Positions 20,260-33,650 of a stretch of 64,000 nucleotides of DNA are shown piece by piece. Numbering within the stretch: position 1 is the stretch's first letter; the number at the start of each line of letters is the position of its first letter. The notes beneath the pieces are model-generated. The model searched no databases and was not told where the DNA came from. It saw only the letters and a program-made list of their open reading frames with translations. The stretch spans positions 1,051,458,001-1,051,522,000 of the forward strand of contig NW_027362761.1 of the NCBI RefSeq assembly GCF_046119375.1, read 5' to 3'. The DNA comes from Phyllobates terribilis. Lineage: Eukaryota. Made by a program: the position numbers and the translations under genes.

Positions 20260-23200
20260 TTCTATAAGGCACCTGGGGGTTCAATGGGCTCACCACACAT
20301 CTATATAAGTTCCCTGGGGGATCTAGTTTCCAAAATGGGGTCACTTGTGGGGGAGCTCCAATGTTTGGGCACACAGGGACTCTTCAAATGCAACATGGTA
20401 TCCGCTAAAAAATTGTCGGCTCAAATTGTTAGCGGACACCATGTTGTGTTTGGAGAGCCCCTCTGTGCCCAAACTAGACCCCCAAGGCACCTATCTAGAT
20501 GCATAGTGAGCACTTGGAACCCCTAGGTGCTTCACAAATTGATTCGTAAAAATGGAAAAGTATTTTTTTTTCCACTTTTACATTTTTATGAATCAATTTG
20601 TGAAGCACCTGGGGGTTCCAAGTGCTCACTATGCATCTAGATAGGTGCCTTGGGGGGTCTAGTTTCCAAAATGGGGTCACTTGTGGGGGAGCTCCAATGT
20701 TTGGGCACACAGGGGCTCTCTAAACCCAACATGGTGTCCGCTAACAATTTGTTAGCGGATACCATGTTGCATTTGAAGAGACCCTGTGTGCCCAAACATT
20801 GGAGCTCCCCCACAAGTGACCACATTTTGGAAACTAGACCCCCCAAGGCACCTATCTAGATGCATAGTGAGCAGTTGCAACCCCCAGGTGCTTCACAAAT
20901 TTATTCGTAAAAATGAAAAGTGAAAAAAAAAACACTTTTTCATTGTTACGAATCAATTTGTGAAGCACCTGGGGGTTCCAACTCCTCATTATGCATCTAG
21001 ATAGGTGCCTTGGGGGGTCTAGTTTACAAAATGGGGTGACTTGTGGGGGAGTTCCAATGTTTGGGCACAAAGGGGCTCTCTAAATGCAACATGGTGTCCG
21101 CTAACAATTTGAGCCGATTTTCCATTCAATTTGTTAGCAGACACCATGTTGCATTTGGAGTGTCCCTGTGTGCCCAAACATTGGAGCTCCCCCACAAGTG
21201 ACCCCATTTTGGAAACTAGACACCCAAGGCACCTATCTAGATGCATATTGAGCAGTTGCAACCCCCAGGTGCTTCACAAATTGATTCGTAAAAATGAAAA
21301 AGTGAAAAAAAAAACACTTTTTCATTGTTACGAATCAATTTGTGAAGCACCTGGGGGTTCCAACTGCTCACTATGCATCTAGATAGGTGCCTTGGGCGGT
21401 CTAGTTTCCAAAATGGGGTCACTTGTGGGGGAGCTCCAATGTTTGGGCACAAACGGGCTCTTTAAATGCAACATGGTGTCCGCTAACAATTTGAGCCGAT
21501 TTTCCATTCAATTTGTTAGCAGACACCATGTTGCATTTGGAGTGTCCCTATGTGCCCAAACATTGGAGCTCCCCCACAAGTGACCCCATTTTGGAAACTA
21601 GACCCCCCAAGGCACCGATCTAGATGCATAGTGAGCAGTTGCAACCCCCAGGTGCTTCACAAATTGATTCGTAAAAATGAAAAAGTGAAAAAAAAAACAC
21701 TTTTTCATTGTTACGAATCAATTTGTGAAGCACCTGGGGGTTCCAACTGCTCACTATGCATCTAGATAGGTGCCTTGAGGGGTCTAGTTTCCAAAATGGG
21801 GTCACTTGTGGGGGAGCTCCAATGTTTGGGCACAAAGGGGCTCTCTAAATGAAACATGGTGTCCGCTAACAATTTGAGCAGATTTTCCATTCAATTTCTT
21901 AGCAGACACCATGTTGCATTTGGAGTGTCCCTTTGTGCCCAAACATTGGAGCTCCCCCACAAGTGACCCCATTTTGGAAACTAGACCCCCCAAGGCACTT
22001 ATCTAGATGCATAGTGAGCAGTTGGAACCCCCAGGTGCTTCACAAATTGATTCGTAACAATGAAAAAGTGTTTTTTTTTTCACTTTTTCATTTTTACGAA
22101 TCAATTTGTGAAGCACCTGGGGGTTGCAACTGCTCACTATGCATCTAGATAGGTGCCTTTGGGGGTCTAGTTTCCAAAATGGGGTCACTTGTGGGAGAGC
22201 TCCAATGTTTGGGCACAAAGGGGCTCTCTAAACCCAACATGGTGTCCGCTAACAATTTGAGCCGACAATTAGTTAGCGGATACCATGTTGCTTTTGAAGA
22301 GTCCCTGTGTGCCCAAACATTGGAGCTCCCCCACAATTGACCCCATTTTGGAAACTAGACCCCCCAAGGCACCTATCTAGATGCATAGTGAGCAGTTGCA
22401 ATCCCAAGGTGCTTCACAAATTGATTCGTAAAAATGAAAAAGTGAAAAAAAAAACACTTTTTCATTGTTACGAATCAATTTGTGAAGCACCTCCGGGTTC
22501 CAACTCCTCACTATGCATCTAGATATTTGCCTTGGGGGGTCTAGTTTCCAAAATGGGGTCACTTGTGGGGGAGCTCCAATGTTTGGGCACAAAGGGGCTC
22601 TCTAAATGCAACATGGTGTCCGCTAACAATTTGAGCCGATTTTCCATTCAATTTGTTAGCAGACACCATGTTGCATTTGGAGTGTCCCTGTGTGCCCAAA
22701 CATTGGAGCTCCCCACAAGTGACCCCATTTTGGAAACTAGACCCCCCAAGGCAACTATCTGGATGCATAGTGAGCAGTTGCAACCCCCAGGTGCTTCACA
22801 AATTGATTCGTAAAAATGAAAAAGTGAAAAAAAAACACTTTTTCATTGTTACGTATCAATTTGTGAAGCACCTGGGGGTTCCAACTGCTTACTATGCACC
22901 TAGATAGGTTCCTTGGGGGGTCTAGTTTCCAAAATGGGGTCACTTGTGGGGGAGCTCCAATGTTTGGGCACACAGGGGCTCTCTAAACCCAACATGGTGT
23001 CCGCTAACAATTTGAGCCGACAATTTGTTAGCGGATACCATGTTGCATTTGAAGAGTCCCTGTGTACCCAAACATTGGAGCTCCCCCACAAATGACCCCA
23101 TTTTGGAAACTAGACCCCCCAAGGCACCTATCTAGATGCATAGTGAGCAGTTGCAACCCCAAGGTGCTTCACAAATTGATTCGTAAAAATGAAAAAGTGA

Positions 23201-26200
23201 AAAAAAAAACACTTTTTCATTGTTACCAATCAATTTGTGAAGCACCTCCGGGTTCCAACTCCTCACTATGCATCTAGATAGGTGCCTTGGGGGGTCTAGT
23301 TTCCAAAATGGGGTCACTTGTGGGGGAGCTCCAATGTTTGGGCACAAAGGGGCTCTCTACATGCAACATGGTGTCCGCTAACAATTTGAGCCGATTTTCC
23401 ATTCAATTTGTTAGCAGACACCATGTTGCATTTGGAGTGTCCCTGTGTGCCCAAACATTGGAGCTCCCCCACAAGTGACCCCATTTTGGAAACTAGACCC
23501 CCCAAGGCACCTATCTAGATGCATAGTGAGCAGTTGCAACCCCCAGGTGCTTCACAAATTGATTCGTAAAATGAAAAAGTGAAAAAAAAAACACTTTTTC
23601 ATTGTTACAAATCAATTTGTGAAGCACCTGGGGGTTCCAACTGCTCACTATGCATCTAGATAGGTGCCTTGGGCAGTCTAGTTTCCAAAATGGGGTCACT
23701 TGTGGGGGAGTTCCAATGTTTGGGCACAAAGGGGCTCTGTAAATGCAACATGGTGTCCGCTTACAATTTGAGCCGATTTTCCATTCAATTTGTTAGCAGA
23801 CACCATGTTGCATTTGGAGTGTCCCTGTGTGCCCAAACATTGGAGCACCCCCACAAGTGACCCCATTTTGGAAACTAGACCCCCCAAGGCACCTATCTAG
23901 ATGCATAGTGAGCAGTTGCAACCCCCAGGTGCTTCACAAATTGATTCGTAAAAATGAAAAAGTGAAAAAAAAAACACTTTTTCATTGTTATGAATCAATT
24001 TGTGAAGCACATGGGGGTTCCAACTGCTCACTATGCATCTAGATAGGTGCCTTGGGGGGTCTAGTTTCCAAAATGGGGTCACTTGTGGGGGAGCTCCAAT
24101 GTTTGGGCACAAAGGGGCTCTCTAAATGCAACATGGTGTCCGCTAACAATTTGAGCCGATTTTCCATTCAATTTGTTAGCAGACACCATGCTGCATTTGG
24201 AGTGTCCCTGTGTGCCCAAACATTGGAGCTCCCCCACAAGTCACCCCATTTTAGAAACTAGACCACCAAAGGCACCTATCTAGATGCATAGTGAGCAGTT
24301 GCAACCCCCAGGTGCTTCACAAATTTATTCGTAAAAATGAAAAAGTGAAAAAAAAAACACTTTTTCATTGTTACGAATCAATTTGTGAAGCACCTGGGGG
24401 TTCCAACTGCTCACTATGCATCTAAATAGATGCCTTGGGGGGTCTAGTTTCCAAAATGGGGTCACTTGTGGGGAGCTCCAATGTTTGGGCACAAAGGGGC
24501 TCTCTAAATGCAACATGGTGTCCGCTAACAATTTGAGCCGATTTTCCATTCAATTTGTTAGCAGACACCATGTTGCATTTGGAGTGTCCCTGTGTGCCCA
24601 AACATTGGAGCTCCCCCACAAGTAACCCCATTTTGGAAACTAGACCCCCCAAGGCACTTATCTAGATGCATAGTGAGCAGTTGGAACCCCCAGGTGCTTC
24701 ACAAATTGATTCGTAACAATGAAAAAGTGTTTTTTTTTTCACTTTTTCATTTTTACGAATCAATTTGTGAAGCACCTGGGGGTTGCAACTGCTCACTATG
24801 CATCTAGATAGGTGCCTTTGGGGGTCTAGTTTCCAAAATGGGGTCACTTGTGGGGGAGCTCCAATGTTTGGGCACAAAGGGGCTCTCTAAACCCAACATG
24901 GTGTCCGCTAACAATTTGAGCGGACAATTAGTTAGCGGATACCATGTTGCATTTGAAGAGTCCCTGTGTGCCCAAACATTGGAGCTCCCCCACAATTGAC
25001 CCCATTTTGGAAACTAGACCCGCCAAGGCACCTATCTAGATGCATAGTGAGCAGTTGCAAGCCCAAGGTGCTTCACAAATTGATTCGTAAAAATGAAAAA
25101 GTGAAAAAAAAAACACTTTTTCATTGTTACGAATCAATTTGTGAAGCACCTCCGGGTTCCAACTCCTCACTATGCATCTAGATATTTGCCTTGGGGGGTC
25201 TAGTTTCCAAAATGTGGTCACTTGTGGGGGAGCTCCAATGTTTGGGCACAAAGGGGCTCTCTAAATGCAACATGGTGTCCGCTAACAATTTGAGCCGATT
25301 TTCCATTCAATTTGTTAGCAGACACCATGTTGCATTTGGAGTGTCCCTGTGTGCCCAAACATTGGAGCTCCCCCACAAGTGACCCCATTTTAGAAACTAG
25401 ACCCCCCAAGGCAACTATCTGGATGCATAGTGAGCAGTTGAAACCCCCAGGTGCTTCACAATTTGATTCGTAAAAATGAAAAAGTGAAAAAAAAACACTT
25501 TTTCATTGTTACGAATCAATTTGTGAAGCACCTGGGGGTTCCAACTGCTTACTATGCACCTATATAGGTGCCTTGGGGGGTCTAGTTTCCAAAATGGGGT
25601 CACTTGTGGGGAAGCTCCAATGTTTGGGCACACAGGGGCTCTCTAAACCCAACATGGTGTCCGCTACCAATTTGAGAAGACAATTTGTTAGCGGATACCA
25701 TGTTGCATTTGAAGAGTCCCTGTGTACCCAAACATTGGAGCTCCCCCACAAGTGACCCCATTTTGGAAACTAGACCCCCCAAGGCACCTATCTAGATGCA
25801 TATTGAGCAGTTGCAACCCCCAGGTGCTTCACAAATTGATTCGTAAAAATGAAAAAGTGAAAAAAAAAACACTTTTTCATTGTTACGAATCAATTTGTGA
25901 AGCACCTGGGGGTTCCAACTGCTCACTATGCATCTAGATAGGTGCCTTGGGCGGTCTAGTTTCCAAAATGGGGTCACTTGTGGGGGAGCTCCAATGTTTG
26001 GGCACAAAGGGGCTCTTTAAATGCAACATGGTGTCCGCTAACAATTTGAGCCGATTTTCCATTCAATTTGTTAGCAGACACCATGTTGCATTTGGAGTGT
26101 CCCTATGTGCCCAAACATTGGAGCTCCCCCACAAGTGACCCCATTTTGGAAACTAGACCCCCCAAGGCACCGATCTAGATGCATAGTGAGCAGTTGCAAC

Positions 26201-29200
26201 CCCCAGGTGCTTCACAAATTGATTCGTAAAAATGAAAAAGTGAAAAAAAAAACACTTTTTCATTGTTACGAATCAATTTGTGAAGCACCTGGGGGTTCCA
26301 AGTGCTTACTATGCACCTATATAGGTGCCTTGGGGGGTCTAGTTTCCAAAATGGGGTCACTTGTGGGGAAGCTCCAATGTTTGGGCACACAGGGGCTCTC
26401 TAAACCCAACATGGTGTCCGCTACCAATTTGAGAAGACAATTTGTTAGCGGATACCATGTTGCATTTGAAGAGTCCATGTGTACCCAAACATTGGAGCTC
26501 CCCCACAAGTGACCCCATTTTGGAAACTAGACCCCCCAAGGCACCTATCTAGATGCATATTGAGCAGTTGCAACCCCCAGGTGCTTCACAAATTGATTCG
26601 TAAAAATGAAAAAGTGAAAAAAAAAACACTTTTTCATTGTTACGAATCAATTTGTGAAGCACCTGGGGGTTCCAACTGCTCACTATGCATCTAGATAGGT
26701 GCCTTAGGCGGTCTAGTTTCCAAAATGGGGTCACTTGTGGGGGAGCTCCAATGTTTGGGCACAAAGGGGCTCTTTAAATGCAACATGGTGTCCGCTAACA
26801 ATTTGAGCCGATTTTCCATTCAATTTGTTAGCAGACACCATGTTGCATTTGGAGTGTCCCTATGTGCCCAAACATTGGAGCTCCCCCACAAGTGACCCCA
26901 TTTTGGAAACTAGACCCCCCAAGGCACCGATCTAGATGCATAGTGAGCAGTTGCAACCCCCAGGTGCTTCACAAATTGATTCGTAAAAATGAAAAAGTGA
27001 AAAAAAAAACACTTTTTCATTGTTACGAATCAATTTGTGAAGCACCTGGGGGTTCCAACTGCTCACTATGCATCTAGATAGGTGCCTTGAGGGGTCTAGT
27101 TTCCAAAATGGGGTCACTTGTGGGGGAGCTCCAATGTTTGGGCACAAAGGGGCTCTCTAAATGAAACATGGTGTCCGCTAACAATTTGAGCAGATTTTCC
27201 ATTCAATTTGTTAGCAGACACCATGTTGCATTTGGAGTGTCCCTGTGTGCCCAAACATTGGAGCTCCCCCACAAGTGACCCCATTTTGGAAACTAGACCC
27301 CCCAAGGCACTTATCTAGATGCATAGTGAGCAGTTGGAACCCCCAGGTGCTTCACAAATTGATTCGTAACAATGAAAAAGTGTTTTTTTTTTCACTTTTT
27401 CATTTTTACGAATCAATTTGTGAAGCACCTGGGGGTTGCAACTGCTCACTATGCATCTAGATAGGTGCCTTTGGGGGTCTAGTTTCCAAAATGGGGTCAC
27501 TTGTGGGAGAGCTCCAATGTTTGGGCACAAAGGGGCTCTCTAAACCCAACATGGTGTCCGCTAACAATTTGAGCCGACAATTAGTTAGCGGATACCATGT
27601 TGCATTTGAAGAGTCCCTGTGTGCCCAAACATTGGAGCTCCCCCACAATTGACCCCATTTTGGAAACTAGACCCCCCAAGGCACCTATCTAGATGCATAG
27701 TGAGCAGTTGCAATCCCAAGGTGCTTCACAAATTGATTCGTAAAAATGAAAAAGTGAAAAAAAAAACACTTTTTCATTGTTACGAATCAATTTGTGAAGC
27801 ACCTCCGGGTTCCAACTCCTCACTATGCATCTAGATATTTGCCTTGGGGGGTCTAGTTTCCAAAATGGGGTCACTTGTGGGGGAGCTCCAATTTTTGGGC
27901 ACAAAGGGGCTCTCTAAATGCAACATGGTGTCCGCTAACAATTTGAGCCGATTTTCCATTCAATTTGTTAGCAGACACCATGTTGCATTTGGAGTGTCCC
28001 TGTGTGCCCAAACATTGGAGCTCCCCCACAAGTGACCCCATTTTGGAAACTAGACCCCCCAAGGCAACTATCTGGATGCATAGTGAGCAGTTGCAACCCC
28101 CAGGTGCTTCACAAATTGATTCGTAAAAATGAAAAAGTGAAAAAAAAACACTTTTTCATTGTTACGAATCAATTTGTGAAGCACCTGGGGGTTCCAACTG
28201 CTTACTATGCACCTAGATAGGTTCCTTGGGGGGTCTAGTTTCCAAAATGGGGTCACTTGTGGGGGAGCTCCAATGTTTGGGCACACAGGGGCTCTCTAAA
28301 CCCAACATGGTGTCCGCTAACAATTTGAGCCGACAATTTGTTAGCGGATACCATGTTGCATTTGAAGAGTCCCTGTGTACCCAAACATTGGAGCTCCCCC
28401 ACAAATGACCCCATTTTGGAAACTAGACCCCCCAAGGCACCTATCTAGATGCATAGTGAGCAGTTGCAACCCCAAGGTGCTTCACAAATTGATTCGTAAA
28501 AATGAAAAAGTGAAAAAAAAAACACTTTTTCATTGTTACCAATCAATTTGTGAAGCACCTCCGGGTTCCAACTCCTCACTATGCATCTAAATAGGTGCCT
28601 TTGGGGGTCTAGTTTCCAAAATGGGGTCACTTGTGGGGGAGCTCCAATGTTTGGGCACAAAGGGGCTCTCTACATGCAACATGGTGTCCGCTAACAATTT
28701 GAGCCGATTTTCCATTCAATTTGTTAGCAGACACCATGTTGCATTTGGAGTGTCCCTGTGTGACCAAACATTGGAGCTCCCCCACAAGTGACCCCATTTT
28801 GGAAACTACACCCCCCAAGGCACCTATCTAGATGCATAGTGAGCAGTTGCAACCCCCAGGTGCTTCACAAATTGATTCGTAAAAATGAAAAAGTGAAAAA
28901 AAAAACACTTTTACATTCTTACGAATCAATTTGTGAAGCACCTGGGGGTTCCAACTGCTCACTATGCATCTAGATAGGTGCCTTGGGGGGTCTAGTTTCC
29001 AAAATGGGGTCACTTGTGGGGGAGCTCCAATGTTTGTGCACAAAGGGGCTCTCTAAATGCAACATGGTGTCCGCTAACAGTTTGAGCCGATTTTCCATTC
29101 AATTTGTTAGCAGACACCATGTTGCATTTGGAGTGTCCCTGTGTGCCCAAACATTGGAGCTCCCCCACAAGTGACCCCATTTTGGAAACTAGACCCCCCA

Positions 29201-32200
29201 AGGCACTTATCTAGATGCATAGTGAGCAGTTGCAACCCCCAGGTGCTTCACAAATTGATTCGTAAAAATGAAAAAGTGAAAAAAAAAACACTTTTTCATT
29301 GTTATGAATCAATTTGTGAAGCACATGGGGGTTCCAACTGCTCACTATGCATCTAGATAGGTGCCTTGGGGGGTCTAGTTTCCAAAATGGGGTCACTTGT
29401 GGGGGAGCTCCAATGTTTGGGCACAAAGGGGCTCTCTAAATGCAACATGGTGTCCGCTAACAATTTGAGCCGATTTTCCATTCAATTTGTTAGCAGACAC
29501 CATGCTGCATTTGGAGTGTCCCTGTGTGCCCAAACATTGGAGCTCCCCCACAAGTGACCCCATTTTAGAAACTAGACCACCAAAGGCACCTATCTAGATG
29601 CATAGTGAGCAGTTGCAACCCCCAGGTGCTTCACAAATTTATTCGTAAAAATGAAAAAGTGAAAAAAAAAACACTTTTTCATTGTTACGAATCAATTTGT
29701 GAAGCACCTGGGGGTTCCAACTGCTCACTATGCATCTAAATAGATGCCTTGGGGGGTCTAGTTTCCAAAATGGGGTCACTTGTGGGGAGCTCCAATGTTT
29801 GGGCACAAAGGGGCTCTCTAAATGCAACATGGTGTCCGCTAACAATTTGAGCCGATTTTCCATTCAATTTGTTAGCAGACACCATGTTGCATTTGGAGTG
29901 TCCCTGTGTGCCCAAACATTGGAGCTCCCCCACAAGTAACCCCATTTTGGAAACTAGACCCCCCAAGGCACTTATCTAGATGCATACTGAGCAGTTGGAA
30001 CCCCCAGGTGCTTCACAAATTGATTCGTAACAATGAAAAAGTGTTTTTTTTTTCACTTTTTCATTTTTACGAATCAATTTGTGAAGCACCTGGGGGTTCC
30101 AACTGCTCACTATGCATCTAGATAGGTGCCTTTGGGGGTCTAGTTTCCAAAATGGGGTCACTTGTGGGGGAGCTCCAATGTTTGGGCACAAAGGGGCTCT
30201 CTAAACCCAACATGGTGTCCGCTAACAATTTGAGCGGACAATTAGTTAGCGGATACCATGTTGCATTTGAAGAGTCCCTGTGTGCCCAAACATTGGAGCT
30301 CCCCCACAATTGACCCCATTTTGGAAACTAGACCCGCCAAGGCACCTATCTAGATGCATAGTGAGCAGTTGCAAGCCCAAGGTGCTTCACAAATTGATTC
30401 GTAAAAATGAAAAAGTGAAAAAAAAAACACTTTTTCATTGTTACGAATCAATTTGTGAAGCACCTCCGGGTTCCAACTCCTCACTATGCATCTAGATATT
30501 TGCCTTGGGGGGTCTAGTTTCCAAAATGTGGTCACTTGTGGGGGAGCTCCAATGTTTGGGCACAAAGGGGCTCTCTAAATGCAACATGGTGTCCGCTAAC
30601 AATTTGAGCCGATTTTCCATTCAATTTGTTAGCAGACACCATGTTGCATTTGGAGTGTCCCTGTGTGCCCAAACATTGGAGCTCCCCCACAAGTGACCCC
30701 ATTTTAGAAACTAGACCCCCCAAGGCAACTATCTGGATGCATAGTGAGCAGTTGAAACCCCCAGGTGCTTCACAAATTGATTCGTAAAAATGAAAAAGTG
30801 AAAAAAAAACACTTTTTCATTGTTACGAATCAATTTGTGAAGCACCTGGGGGTTCCAACTGCTTACTATGCACCTATATAGGTGCCTTGGGGGGTCTAGT
30901 TTCCAAAATGGGGTCACTTGTGGGGAAGCTCCAATGTTTGGGCACACAGGGGCTCTCTAAACCCAACATGGTGTCCGCTACCAATTTGAGAAGACAATTT
31001 GTTAGCGGATACCATGTTGCATTTGAAGAGTCCCTGTGTACCCAAACATTGGAGCTCCCCCACAAGTGACCCCATTTTGGAAACTAGACCCCCCAAGGCA
31101 CCTATCTAGATGCATAGTGAGCAGTTGCAACCCCAAGGTGCTTCACAAATTGATTCGTAAAAATGAAAAAGTGAAAAAAAAAACACTTTTTCATTGTTAA
31201 GAATCAATTTGTGAAGCACCTCCGGGTTCCAACTCCTCACTATGCATCTAAATAGGTGCCTTTGGGGGTCTAGTTTCCAAAATGGGGTCACTTGTGGGGG
31301 AGCTCCAATGTTTGGGCACAAAGGGGCTCTCTACATGCAACATGGTGTCCGCTAACAATTTGAGCCGATTTTCCATTCAATTTGTTAGCAGACACCATGT
31401 TGCATTTGGAGTGTCCCTGTGTGCCCAAACATTGGAGCTCCCCCACAAGTGACCCCATTTTGGAAACTAGACCCCCCAAGGCACCTATCTAGATGCATAG
31501 TGAGCAGTTGCAACCCCCAGGTGCTTCACAAATTGATTCGTAAAAATGAAAAAGTGAAAAAAAAAACACTTTTACATTCTTACGAATCAATTTGTGAAGC
31601 ACCTGGGGGTTCCAACTGCTCACTATGCATCTAGATAGGTGCCTTGGGGGGTCTAGTTTCCAAAATGGGGTCACTTGTGGGGGAGCTCCAATGTTTGTGC
31701 ACAAAGGGGCTCTCTAAATGCAACATGGTGTCCGCTAACAGTTTGAGCCGATTTTCCATTCAATTTGTTAGCAGACACCATGTTGCATTTGGAGTGTCCC
31801 TGTGTGCCCAAACATTGGAGCTCCCCCACAAGTGACCCCATTTTGGAAACTAGACCCCCCAAGGCACTTATCTAGATGCATAGTGAGCAGTTGCAACCCC
31901 CAGGTGCTTCACAAATTGATTCGTAAAAATGAAAAAGTGAAAAAAAAAACACTTTTTCATTGTTACGAATCAATTTGTGAAGCACCTGGGGGTTCCAACT
32001 GCTCACTATGCATCTAGATAGGTGCCTTGGGGGGTCTAGTTTCCAAAATGGGGTCACTTGTGGGGGAGCTCCAATGTTTGGGCACAAAGGGGCTCTCTAA
32101 ATGCAACATTGTGTCCGCTAACAATTTGAGCCGATTTTCCATTCAATTTGTTAGCAGACACCATGTTGCATTTGGAGTGTCCCTGTGTGTCCAAACATTG

Positions 32201-33650
32201 GAGCTCCCCCACAAGTGACCCCATTTTGGAAACTAGACCATCCAAGTCACCTATCTAGATGCATAGTGAGCAGTTGCAACCCCCAGGTGCTTCACAAATT
32301 GATTCGTAAAAATTAAAAGGTGAAAAAAAAAAACACTTTTTCAATGTTACGAATCAATTTGTGAAGCACCTGGGGGTTCCAACTGCTCACTATGCATCTA
32401 GATAGGTGCCGTGGGGGGTCTAGTTTCCAAAATGGGGTCACTTGTGGGGGAGCTCCAATGTTTGGGCACAAAGGGGCTCTCTAAATGCAACATGGTGTCC
32501 GCTAACAATTTGAGCCGATTTTCCATTCAATTTGTTAGCAGACACCATGTTGCATTTGGAGTGTCCCTGTGTGCCCAAACATTGGAGCTCCCCCACAAGT
32601 GACTCCATTTTGGAAACTATACCCCCCTAGGCACCTATCTGGATGCATAGTGAGCAGTTGCAACCCCCAGGTGCTTCACAAATTGATTCGTAAAAATGAA
32701 AAAGTGAAAACAAAAACACTTTTTCATTGTTACGAATCAATTTGTGAAGCACCTGGGGGTTCCAACTGCTCACTATGCATCTAGATAGGTGCCTTGGGGG
32801 GTCTAGTTTCCAAAATGGGGTCACTTGTGGGGGAGCTCCAATGTTTGGGCACAAAGGGGCTCTCTAAATGCAACATGGTGTCCGCTAACAATTTGAGCCG
32901 ATTTTCCATTCAATTTGATAGCAGACACCATGTTGCATTTGGAGTGTCCCTGTGTGCCCAAACATTGGAGCTCCCCCACAAGTGACCCCATTTTGGAAAC
33001 TAGACCCCCCAAGGCACCTATCTAGATGCATAGTGAGCAGTTGCAACCCCCAGGTGCTTCACAAATTGATTCGTAAAAATGAAAAAGTGAAAAAAAAACA
33101 CTTTTTCATTGTTACGAATAAATTTGTGAAGCACCTGGGGGTTCCAACTGCTCACTATGCATCTAGATAGGTGCCTTGGGTGGTCTAGTTTCCAAAATGG
33201 GGTCACTTGTGGGGGAGCTCCAATGTTTGGGCTTACAGGGACACTCCAAATGCAACATGGTGTCTGCTAACAAATTGAATGGAAAATCGGCTCAAATTGT
33301 TAGCGGACACCATGTTGCATTTAGAGAGCCCCTTTGTGCCCAAACATTGGTGCTCCCCCACAAGTGACCCCATTTTGGAAACTAGACCCCCCAAGGCACC
33401 TATCTAGATGCATAGTGAGCAGTTGGAACCCCCAGGTGCTTCACAAATTGATTCGTAACAATGAAAAAGTGTTTTTTTTTTCACTTTTTCATTTTTATGA
33501 ATCAATTTGTGAAGCACCTGGGGGTTGCAACTGCTCACTATGCATCTAGATAGGTGCCTTGGGGGGTCTAGTTTCCAAAATGGGGTCACTTGTGGGGGAG
33601 CTCCAATGTTTGGGCACACAGGGGCTCTCTAAACGCAACATGGTGTCCGC
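20260..33650. repeat. ~13.4-kb satellite of ~35 palindromic 374-383-bp units (~190-bp module in alternating orientation)
   Basis: The module ...GGGGTCTAGTTTCCAAAATGGGGTCACTTGTGGGGGAGCTCCAATGTTTGGGCAC... alternates with its reverse complement around two loop types; near-identical short ORFs appear on both strands throughout the ORF track. Confidence 0.97.

Noticed and set aside
20260-33650. CRISPR-like or bacterial repeat array
   Set aside because: No unique spacers, units far too long, no cas genes, and the context is eukaryotic.
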